This document shows, in pieces, positions 8,535-16,433 of a stretch of DNA of 55,303 nt. The stretch's first letter is position 1. The number at the start of each line of letters is the position of its first letter. The notes beneath the pieces were generated by a model. That model was given only the letters and a program-made list of their open reading frames with translations, ran no database searches and had not been told where the DNA came from. Origin of the DNA: a virus (Duplodnaviria > Caudoviricetes); the IMG/VR virus record IMGVR_UViG_3300049440_000066, positions 1 to 55,303 of that record; one strand, given 5' to 3'. Both the position numbers and the translations under genes were made by a program.

Positions 8535-10264
8535 GCATTTCTTACGTTCCGATAATGATGGGCACGGAGAAGAAAAGCTCTGGCCCGTCCAACCAAGAAC
8601 GACGCATCTCCCGGCAGATCGACGAATTGATGCGTATGTCACGCGCCGAGCGCGAACAGAAACAAGGCTCCGATCACGCGCAAGAAATGGTTCAGCTTTA
8701 CAACCTGCATAGCTACGCTACTTCCGCAGCACCATCCTTCCGGCCCCGAGTCATGCTTCCCGAAGTTCAATTTCTGATGATGTGCGAGGCCACGGATTTA
8801 ACGAATGACACGCCGAAGGTTTACATCTCCGTGGACGGCAAAGCGGACGAACAGCGCGAGAAGGCTTTCAATGCCGCATGGCGACTCGGGATGTTCAACA
8901 ACCGGATATTTGACGCGGTGCTTTGGTCGCAATTCGTCAATCCCTCATGGATTCAGTTGGGATACGCGCCGGATGCCCGAAACGGCAAGGGCATGGTCTG
9001 GATTGCCGCCGACGATCCCTCCTCGGTTTATCCCGACCCGCACGCCATCAACGACCGCACGATGGCGTATCTCGTTAAGGAACGCTATTTCTACGTGGAC
9101 GAAATCAGGAGAGCCTATCCCGAGCGCGGGAAATACGTGAAGATCGGAGGCGGCTATGACGACTTCCAAGACAACGAGATGGAAGGTTCTCGATTCGATC
9201 TTTCGATGGAGTTACCGCCAGGTCCGCTCCGAGTTGATGCACCAGAGGGGTTCGAGCATCAAAGAAACGGGCCAAGAGTTCGTGTGCGATACCTCTGGGT
9301 CAAGGATTATGCGAAAGAGAGAATCGAGGAAATCGCTGGTGTAAAAGCGGGAAATGGATTCGAGCTTGTCATTCAGCCGAAGAGTAAGTGGAAATTCCCG
9401 AATGGCAGATTCATCGTCGAGTGCAACGGTATTATCCTTGCCGATGGCCCCAATTTCATTCCGCGCTTACCGGAAGACGATTTTGGAACTTTTCCGTTTG
9501 TTGGTGTCTGGTCGATGCCTCATCTCAACAGCATCTACGGCCCCGATCCCGTACGCTATGCGAAGAATCCGCAGGACATCGCTGAGAAATTGAGCACGCA
9601 GCTTGTCGAAAACGTAGTTCGCACTAACAACGTGCAATGTTGGATTCCAAAAGACGCGGGCATTGACATTGACGCCTACGGCGGGCTTCCCGGAGAAGTG
9701 CAAGTTTACGACGGCGATAAGCCTCCGACGATGAGTTCGCCGCCACAGATTCCGCAGCACATGACGCAACTGCCGGAATATTTTCTCGGGAAGGTAGGGC
9801 GTTACACTGGCACAACACCCGAGCGGCAGGGACAGGCCGGGGGAGGGAACATTTCACCGGAACTGTTCGATGCGGCTGTATTTCAAGGACAGACGTTTGT
9901 TCGGATGAAGGCGCGACTCTTAGCCGAATCGTATCAGCGCCTTGCAAGAATGACTTTTTACACGATGGCGAGATTCAAGCGGCAGGATGACATTCTTTCA
10001 GCGGCTCGCGGCAAGAGAAAATCATGCGCGTGGCTTCCGATTCCCGATGGGGCGGAATGCGACATCGAATTGGACGAGGCCGACCTAAAAGCCGTGTCTT
10101 CGTCGATGATGAAAAACTTAGTGATGGCCCTCTCGAAGACTGGCGCTCTCCCGCCGAAGTTTGTGTTCGAGACGCTCGGCCTTCCGAACGCTGATGAGCT
10201 TGCAGCGCAATCCACTCAGGCGCAAGAGCTTGCCGCTATTTCTAAATTGAGAAAGCCCCGATGA
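8531..10264 (+). CDS. Portal protein (podovirus/P22-like)
   Basis: 577 aa after terL; VYPDP, FPFV...IYG, PGEV, TG...QGQ patterns; TTG start. Confidence 0.85.
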   Translation: MSISYVPIMMGTEKKSSGPSNQERRISRQIDELMRMSRAEREQKQGSDHAQEMVQLYNLHSYATSAAPSFRPRVMLPEVQFLMMCEATDLTNDTPKVYISVDGKADEQREKAFNAAWRLGMFNNRIFDAVLWSQFVNPSWIQLGYAPDARNGKGMVWIAADDPSSVYPDPHAINDRTMAYLVKERYFYVDEIRRAYPERGKYVKIGGGYDDFQDNEMEGSRFDLSMELPPGPLRVDAPEGFEHQRNGPRVRVRYLWVKDYAKERIEEIAGVKAGNGFELVIQPKSKWKFPNGRFIVECNGIILADGPNFIPRLPEDDFGTFPFVGVWSMPHLNSIYGPDPVRYAKNPQDIAEKLSTQLVENVVRTNNVQCWIPKDAGIDIDAYGGLPGEVQVYDGDKPPTMSSPPQIPQHMTQLPEYFLGKVGRYTGTTPERQGQAGGGNISPELFDAAVFQGQTFVRMKARLLAESYQRLARMTFYTMARFKRQDDILSAARGKRKSCAWLPIPDGAECDIELDEADLKAVSSSMMKNLVMALSKTGALPPKFVFETLGLPNADELAAQSTQAQELAAISKLRKPR

Positions 10265-10749
10265 TGTCCGAAATACTTGGAAATATCGCGCAGCAAATGA
10301 GTCCATCCACATCAACCACTCAGCCACTAATGACTTCACCAAGCACTGATGCGAAGAACCAACCACAGTCAAAGTGGCCCGTTGGAATGTTAGAACCTCC
10401 AAACATAAATCTTTATGATCGGCCAACCGTTCACAATCCCGACGGGACGATTAGCAGCGTTCGTTCAATGTCATTTGAAGAAGATGGACATTCCATTGTA
10501 GTTCCCACAGTGAGTGACGATGGAAGGATTCTTTCCGAGAAAGAAGCTATCGACCAGTATCATAGAACTGGAAGACACTTAGGAAGATTTGCAACAACAG
10601 GTCTATTCCCTTGGCAGTTTTCTGATGCTTATTCACAGCAGCTACACGACGAATATGCTAAAGGAGAATATGGTGGACAAAGATCGGGACAAAGCATTGT
10701 GCCGCAAACTACTCCGTGGAATTTGACGATTCCAGCAGGAAAGAAATGA
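10261..10749 (+). CDS. Conserved phage hypothetical protein
   Basis: NINLYDRPTVHNPDGTISSVRSMSF...VPTV...RTGRHLGRF domain, recalled from other phages. Confidence 0.65.
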   Translation: MMSEILGNIAQQMSPSTSTTQPLMTSPSTDAKNQPQSKWPVGMLEPPNINLYDRPTVHNPDGTISSVRSMSFEEDGHSIVVPTVSDDGRILSEKEAIDQYHRTGRHLGRFATTGLFPWQFSDAYSQQLHDEYAKGEYGGQRSGQSIVPQTTPWNLTIPAGKK

Positions 10750-10913
10750 CCACTCAAGTCCAATGGGTCCGTGTCGGTGATGCTGCTCGCTACTACCAGA
10801 CGAGCACGCAGACGATTCGGAATTGGTGCAAAGTTGGACTCCTCGTACGTGTCGGATGCCAAGTAATGCGCGATCCGAACGGTCGCTGGCGCATCGCGCT
10901 CCCCGAAAAGTAA
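10746..10913 (+). CDS. MerR/excisionase-like helix-turn-helix DNA-binding protein
   Basis: VGDAARYYQTSTQTIRNWCKVG...PNGRWRI. Confidence 0.75.
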   Translation: MTTQVQWVRVGDAARYYQTSTQTIRNWCKVGLLVRVGCQVMRDPNGRWRIALPEK

Positions 10914-10971
10914 ACCTCTAAAACGCAAAATCCGCAAAATGGTCTATTGCCATCCCTTGACGTGTGCCTCA

Positions 10972-11204
10972 ATGTGTGCGCGGTGCGATACGAACTCATT
11001 CATCTCTCCGAGCACTCTCATCCGGGATACCAAGCTCCGATCTATCTCGTTCAATTTGCGATTGACGGAAAAGTTTCTCCGCCTTTCTGGTCCTCGAAGC
11101 AATCCCGCATTGAACTCGGAGAAGAGATGTGGTTTGAGAACTTGAAACTCGAAGCCGAAGCAGCCCTGCAAGAGAGCGGGCCAAGCCGAGCACTGACGAA
11201 TTAG
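10972..11204 (+). CDS. Hypothetical protein
   Basis: Plus-strand ORF in the head module; start uncertain. Confidence 0.5.
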
Positions 11205-11214
11205 GGAGAACAAC

Positions 11215-11298
11215 ATGGCGCGAAGAGGGAAACGCGGTTCGATGAATACGAAGATGGCTGGCCGGAATCCCGGCGCTCGCAAGGCTGGCCGCTACTAA
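11215..11298 (+). CDS. 27-aa basic microprotein MARRGKRGSMNTKMAGRNPGARKAGRY
   Basis: SD GGGAG 6 nt upstream; below the ORF-track cutoff. Confidence 0.65.
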   Translation: MARRGKRGSMNTKMAGRNPGARKAGRY

Positions 11299-11308
11299 GA
11301 GTTTGCAG

Positions 11309-11343
11309 TTGGGGGTCTCCCCTGAAAAACAGGGTGCCCAACT
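11309..11343 (+). other. Intergenic RNA hairpin (AGTTGGG...CCCTG-AAAAA-CAGGG...CCCAACT)
   Basis: Nested inverted repeats between two microORFs. Confidence 0.55.
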
Positions 11344-11360
11344 AGAAAGGAGACACTGAA

Positions 11361-11399
11361 ATGGCGCGACATCGTGGACGCAAAGCCAAGCGGCGTTAG
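11361..11399 (+). CDS. 12-aa protamine-like microprotein MARHRGRKAKRR
   Basis: Strong SD AAGGAG 8 nt upstream; begins MAR like its neighbour. Confidence 0.55.
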   Translation: MARHRGRKAKRR

Positions 11400-11477
11400 T
11401 TTTTGGCGCGGAAGGCACTAAGTATGGCGGCTGGGCGGGTGACGTGAAACACTCGCCCTTGCTGCACGGGAGAAGAA

Positions 11478-11675
11478 ATGGCAACGAATAACGGGCGTGA
11501 TGATCGGATCGACGTAGCGCAGATCGAGCGCAATCGCCGTTTGACCGAGGAATCGACACAGGAAACGCCTTTCAACGAAGAGATTATGGCTGGAGAGGCA
11601 AATTACGGCGAAGCACTTTACGACAACATGCCCGAGGACAAAGTTGGATTCATGCCGACGTGGAAAAGGAGATAG
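11478..11675 (+). CDS. Small acidic head-module protein
   Basis: SD GGGAG. Confidence 0.7.
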   Translation: MATNNGRDDRIDVAQIERNRRLTEESTQETPFNEEIMAGEANYGEALYDNMPEDKVGFMPTWKRR

Positions 11676-11677
11676 CG

Positions 11678-11860
11678 ATGGCGAAAAACGATTATTTCTC
11701 AAACTTTGACACTCCGTACCAGACGCAGCCGCCGAAGGGTGCTGCCGAGGGTGGGATTGATTACGGCGGGGTAACGGCTATTCCCGAAGCGAACGATCCG
11801 ATGGGTGTGATGCCGAAAGACGCGAAGCCCCGGAATATCGGGCCGTCCTCAAAGGAATAA
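11678..11860 (+). CDS. Small Pro/Gly-rich head-module protein
   Basis: SD AAGGAG before ATG 11678. Confidence 0.7.
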   Translation: MAKNDYFSNFDTPYQTQPPKGAAEGGIDYGGVTAIPEANDPMGVMPKDAKPRNIGPSSKE

Positions 11861-11865
11861 CTTGA

Positions 11866-12285
11866 TTGGCTTCGCCGCCAAATCCGTTGCAAGGGGCAGG
11901 TGCTCCGCCATCCGGCGGTGGGATGCTCGGGACGATTTTAGGCGCTCTGTCCAACAGGGCTTCTACGAATCCGGGACAGGATTACTCCGAGCAATCCGCC
12001 GCCTTACAGGGTGCCGACCCTTCGATGATTTTGCGGCAACTCGAACAGATCAACCAGGTGCTCGGCGTTCTGTTCGTCAAGACGTTTCAAACGCTGCCGA
12101 ATGTAGCAAATCAGATTAGCACGACGATGAAGGCTCTCAGCCGTGCAATTAAAGAGGGCCAGCAAGCCTCGAATGTCGGGGAAGTGGTAAAGAACTCAGA
12201 GAATCAAGGTTCACAGCCGATCAGTTTCAGTGCTGTACAGCAGGGGCAACCGCCGACCGGAAATGAAGCCCCCGCCAGCATGTAA
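11866..12285 (+). CDS. Head-module hypothetical protein
   Basis: TTG start with SD; Q/G/P-rich termini. Confidence 0.65.
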   Translation: MASPPNPLQGAGAPPSGGGMLGTILGALSNRASTNPGQDYSEQSAALQGADPSMILRQLEQINQVLGVLFVKTFQTLPNVANQISTTMKALSRAIKEGQQASNVGEVVKNSENQGSQPISFSAVQQGQPPTGNEAPASM

Positions 12286-12300
12286 AGGGAGAGAAAACTT

Positions 12301-13122
12301 ATGAGCGTCGATCAGATCAAAAAGTTTCTTGAGCAAGCGCAGGAATATCCTGACAACACGCCAATCCGAATCGGCGATCAGGAGATTCCTCTCGGTTCTC
12401 TTCGGCAACTGAATGCCTCGGAACGCAATACGCTTTCCGAACGGCTCAAGGGAGTCGAAACAAAGGAAGCCGAACTCAACACTCGGCAGCAATCCATCGT
12501 GGACCTCGCGCAGAAAGCGCAAGCGGCGTATCAGGCCGCCGAAGAAGCCCGTGCCAAAGCGGGACAGGCACCTCTTCCGAATCCCGGCGCGGACCCATTC
12601 GCCGATCCGTGGCTTGCTCCGGTGAAATCGGCTCTTGACGCACGCGACAAGAAGATCGAAGAACTCTCGAACCTTGCCAAGAACCTGCAATCGACGCTCG
12701 GGCAAGCGGCCACCGTGTTTATGAAGCGCGAGTGGCAGCGCGAGTACGACGGCCTGAACTTCGGCAAGCGCGACAAGAAGCCGAGTCGGGACGAAATCCT
12801 GAAGTACGCGAACGAAAACAAGATCATCGACCAGGACGGAATGCCATCGGTGCGGCTTGCTTGGGAAAAGATGTCGGAAACTGACCGCCTCGAAGAAGCG
12901 CGTCAAGCGGCACTGGAAAAGGGACGCGAAGAGGGCCGCATGGAAGCGATGGCCGCTCGGGTTACGCCTCCCGGAGTTTCTGGCATCGGGCAAGGGCCGG
13001 CAGCGGCTCCGAAGAGAATCGGTCCCGAGACGGACGTTCTCGGCGATATGTACGGAGAGGCTTTGAAAGACCCTGAACTGCGGCAACTGATCGAGCAGAT
13101 GGGTCCGGGAATGATGCAGTAA
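12301..13122 (+). CDS. Capsid scaffolding protein (putative)
   Basis: Coiled-coil E/K/A-rich protein directly before the capsid gene. Confidence 0.75.
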   Translation: MSVDQIKKFLEQAQEYPDNTPIRIGDQEIPLGSLRQLNASERNTLSERLKGVETKEAELNTRQQSIVDLAQKAQAAYQAAEEARAKAGQAPLPNPGADPFADPWLAPVKSALDARDKKIEELSNLAKNLQSTLGQAATVFMKREWQREYDGLNFGKRDKKPSRDEILKYANENKIIDQDGMPSVRLAWEKMSETDRLEEARQAALEKGREEGRMEAMAARVTPPGVSGIGQGPAAAPKRIGPETDVLGDMYGEALKDPELRQLIEQMGPGMMQ

Positions 13123-13153
13123 CGCTTTTTAATCGAAAAAGGAGCCATAAAAC

Positions 13154-14158
13154 ATGGCCTTCATTACAGGAACAGGAATCAACCAGCCTAGCGCGACACT
13201 GGTAAACACGCTCCAGTCGATCTCGCAGAAGATGATCTACCCGAAGGTTGCGGACCTCGTGTTCCAGCCGTCGCCGACATTCTCATTCCTGAACCAATAC
13301 GCCAAAAAGTACAATGCAGGGGCCGAAATCGTCTATCCCTTGCTGACCACGAAGATTACGACTCGTGGCGCGTATTGGGGCGACCAGCTTTTGCCGACTT
13401 CGGCGATTGACGCCATCCAACCCGCTGACCAGGTGTGGCGCGGCTATTTCCAGGCCGTGACGCTGCCGGTCATGGACATCGTTATCGGTCGCGGCGGTCC
13501 TGTGGGTCTCGATCTTGTGAAGACCTACGTGCAGGCTGCTGCCGGTTCGATGCTCGACATGCTGGCCGAAGCGGTCGCGGGCAATGCGCCGTTCAACTCC
13601 TCGATTGACCTCGATTCGATCAGCGCATGGGTACTGTCCACCACGAACACGATTGCCGGAATCAACCGCACAACGAACTCATTCTGGCAACCAGCGGCGA
13701 ACCAAGCCATCGGCGGACACCTCACTCCGATCAAGCTCTTGCCGGCGTACTTCCTGACGACTTTCGGCTATGACGAGCCGAACCTGTTGATTCTGAACAA
13801 CACTGACTTTGCGAACTTCGAGGGACAGTTCACGCAAAACTCGAACGCCTCGGCATCGACGACCATTATCCGCGCGAGCGACAATTACGCGGACACGGCC
13901 CCGATCCAGACTTCCTTCCGGTATCACATGCGGTTCAAAAATGCGGTAGTCCTTGCGGATCAACACTTTCCAGCAGGAACCGGTTACCTGCTGAACACGA
14001 AGTACATCTGGATGATCTATAATCTTGGCAGTTATTTCCGCATGACTCCGTGGATTATGCCGTCGAACCAGGACGTTATCACCGCGAGGATTCACTTGAT
14101 CGCGCAACTCGGCTGCAATCGTCCTTTGGCCCAGGTTGCGCTCACGACTTTGAGCTAA
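13154..14158 (+). CDS. Major capsid protein
   Basis: 334 aa with strong SD, after the scaffold gene; GINR...FWQ, V.D...P.GT.YLLNT, LGCN.P..Q motifs. Confidence 0.85.
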   Translation: MAFITGTGINQPSATLVNTLQSISQKMIYPKVADLVFQPSPTFSFLNQYAKKYNAGAEIVYPLLTTKITTRGAYWGDQLLPTSAIDAIQPADQVWRGYFQAVTLPVMDIVIGRGGPVGLDLVKTYVQAAAGSMLDMLAEAVAGNAPFNSSIDLDSISAWVLSTTNTIAGINRTTNSFWQPAANQAIGGHLTPIKLLPAYFLTTFGYDEPNLLILNNTDFANFEGQFTQNSNASASTTIIRASDNYADTAPIQTSFRYHMRFKNAVVLADQHFPAGTGYLLNTKYIWMIYNLGSYFRMTPWIMPSNQDVITARIHLIAQLGCNRPLAQVALTTLS

Positions 14159-14188
14159 GAACGATCTGATTCTTTTAAGGAGCCTTCG

Positions 14189-14695
14189 ATGGCCTTGAAT
14201 ATTGGAGTTGAACGTACATTCCCAGGAGCAGGCGTATCCACACGCCAAACGATCCAGACCGTCACCGGACTGGCGATTACCTCGGGAACCACGTATTACC
14301 TTCCGGGAACTTCGCTGAACACGGTGGTCGGACTGCTTCAGCCGACGGTCACGATTTGCAAAGTGCGCGTGAAGATTTACAACGGCGCTGGAACCTCGCC
14401 CACGCTCACCAAATTGCAGATCATGGGCTATGACGGGACGAACTCCGTGGTCATCGCGGACTGGAACTTCTCCACCGCCGTCACGCTCTCGACGACAAGC
14501 TGGTTTGACGGATTTGCCTTCTGCATGGCGGATACGGCTACCGGAGCGACGAGCGGCGGCGCGGTCGGCCAACTCATCAGCGGGTCGAGCGCCACGTCCG
14601 GCAACGGCGGAATGATCGCCGTGAAGATTATCCCGACGCTTGGCGGCACTTCACCGGCGGCTACGATGGACGCGGAAATCTTCGGCCTCATTTAA
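14189..14695 (+). CDS. Capsid decoration/minor structural protein
   Basis: T/G-rich beta-type protein immediately after the major capsid gene; SD AAGGAG. Confidence 0.6.
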   Translation: MALNIGVERTFPGAGVSTRQTIQTVTGLAITSGTTYYLPGTSLNTVVGLLQPTVTICKVRVKIYNGAGTSPTLTKLQIMGYDGTNSVVIADWNFSTAVTLSTTSWFDGFAFCMADTATGATSGGAVGQLISGSSATSGNGGMIAVKIIPTLGGTSPAATMDAEIFGLI

Positions 14696-14714
14696 GCCGA
14701 AGCTAAATTTCTCC

Positions 14715-14775
14715 ACTGGTCGGCAACGGGCCGGGCTAGGCTTCCCTCAGAGCTTGGCTTGGCCCGTACCAGTTT
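14715..14775 (+). terminator. Long stem-loop after the capsid genes (terminator or processing site)
   Basis: 17-bp stem 14726-14742/14751-14767 (4 G-U pairs), outer ACTGGT/ACCAGT, then TT. Confidence 0.65.
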
Positions 14776-14786
14776 AGGGGCACGAA

Positions 14787-14972
14787 ATGCCAAATGATCT
14801 CTACAAGAAAGCCGATGACAAGACTCCATTCCGGCCCTTGCTCGACTCTCCTGCGGACCCCGACCCGCAAAGGACTCTTGGCATACCGGATCGGGATGTA
14901 GAACGGGCGCGTCAAGTAGCGCGTGAGGCCGGAGCGTACAGAACGACAAGCAGGAGAAGCGCGAGACGCTAA
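14787..14972 (+). CDS. Small protein with Arg-rich C-terminus (...RRSARR)
   Basis: 61 aa, abuts the next gene. Confidence 0.6.
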   Translation: MPNDLYKKADDKTPFRPLLDSPADPDPQRTLGIPDRDVERARQVAREAGAYRTTSRRSARR

Positions 14973-15167
14973 ATGGCAACGACAAGAAACTTACGGAAGG
15001 CCGTCCGCGACGAAGAGAAGGCCGTGCAGGATTACCAGCGGTCGGCAGACACGGCGCAATCGGAAGATAAGCCTGTCACAGCGCGGAAATTCAGGCATGT
15101 TCGCAAGGAAGAAAAGCAGCACAAGCGGGAATTTAGCAAGCTGCTGAAAAGAACTTCGAGGCGCTAA
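14973..15167 (+). CDS. Half-rubrerythrin/ferritin-like two-helix protein with basic tail
   Basis: NL..A...E..A...Y...A..A..E....A..F.....EE..H pattern; ends KRTSRR. Confidence 0.7.
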   Translation: MATTRNLRKAVRDEEKAVQDYQRSADTAQSEDKPVTARKFRHVRKEEKQHKREFSKLLKRTSRR

Positions 15168-16427
15168 GTGGCTACAACTCCCATTGCATTGTTCACAGGT
15201 TCGCTCATCGGTGACGTGCTCGTACAGGCCCGCGAAACCGTACCGGATATGCCTCCGAGTTTGCCTGCTCCAGTAGCGGTGGCTGTGGTTACGACTCCCG
15301 GAACTGGCACGCTCGCGGCTGGCACGTATTTCGTCGAAGTGACGCAATGGAATCAATGGGGCGAAACGCTTGCCTCGACCGAATCTCTCCAACTTACGGT
15401 TCTAGCGACAAACGGCATTCAGATCACGTCGGCCTTGCAGGTGGGCGCGACCAAGATTCGAGCATATCTCACTCAGGTCAATGGCTCATCGGGAAGCGAG
15501 TCTCAGTATGTCGAATCCACCGTATCGCCGTTCACGATCCTTGCGAATCCGGTGCTTGCCGGCAGTCCTCCGGTACGCGGTACGGCATGGCTTCCCGACT
15601 CGGATGGCGGCTTTATCTCGGCAGGAGCGATTTACAGGTGGCTGAACGCAGGGCTTGAAATCATCGCTCGCGGTACAGGGGGATTCCAAGACTATTCGGC
15701 CATCGGCTCGACCATCAATCAGCCGCTTTATCAGATTCCCGCGAACTGGAACTCGATCACCGCAATCTGGTACGACGGTTACTGGATGACGGGCGGCGAT
15801 CCTGGCTACTTCTGGAAACGCAACTCGATCACCAGCCAAGTGCTTGCAAATGCACATATTTCTCACAACGGTTCGCGCACGATTCTCGAAGTGTACCCGC
15901 AACCGGCCAGAACTTCGCTCGTCACGACTCTGGCAGCGCCAATGAGCACTACGGACACGACAGCGACACTTACGAGCGCGGCTTTTGTTCTGCCGTTTGG
16001 ATTCGTTTCTATCGGTTCAGAGATTATGGCCTATGCGACGATAAATGGAAATCAGTTGACGGGCCTCATCCGGGGACTTGGCGGAACAAGTATCATCGCG
16101 CATGTCGCAACCGAAGTAGCGACGGAATGCAACATCGCATGGATGGGCAAACGGCAATCGACGCAGACCTATACGCCCGGACAATCTACAGCAACTCTTC
16201 CGATTGTTTCGGGATGGGATCAGCTTCTCATTTCATATATTGCAGGACGGGCCAAGATCGTCGAGCATGATTTACAGTCGATGAGTGCATTCAATCAGGA
16301 CATGGAAAAGCAGGTAAAAGGTTGGGCGCAAACGGCGGGATCGGTGGTTCGCAGAAGGCAAGTGGGAGGACCGAGCAAGCCTGGAGTGTACTTCCCAGAC
16401 GTTGCGGGAGGTATTCTTATCCAATAA
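15168..16427 (+). CDS. Head-tail adaptor-like protein with inserted beta domains
   Basis: Position; IYRWLNAG, YQIP.NW, LEVYPQP, P...WDQLLISY core, plus an FN3-like GTLAAGTYFV...GETLAS insert. Confidence 0.65.
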   Translation: MATTPIALFTGSLIGDVLVQARETVPDMPPSLPAPVAVAVVTTPGTGTLAAGTYFVEVTQWNQWGETLASTESLQLTVLATNGIQITSALQVGATKIRAYLTQVNGSSGSESQYVESTVSPFTILANPVLAGSPPVRGTAWLPDSDGGFISAGAIYRWLNAGLEIIARGTGGFQDYSAIGSTINQPLYQIPANWNSITAIWYDGYWMTGGDPGYFWKRNSITSQVLANAHISHNGSRTILEVYPQPARTSLVTTLAAPMSTTDTTATLTSAAFVLPFGFVSIGSEIMAYATINGNQLTGLIRGLGGTSIIAHVATEVATECNIAWMGKRQSTQTYTPGQSTATLPIVSGWDQLLISYIAGRAKIVEHDLQSMSAFNQDMEKQVKGWAQTAGSVVRRRQVGGPSKPGVYFPDVAGGILIQ

Positions 16428-16433
16428 TAATTT

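Noticed and set aside
10746-10913. Excisionase implying an integration module
   Set aside because: There is no integrase or att-like context, and the gene sits in the head module.
12211-14572. Long minus-strand ORFs 12211-13086 and 13679-14572 (also 50514-51458, 7869-8642, 18192-18884)
   Set aside because: They are antisense shadows of well-supported genes, with no motifs or SDs.
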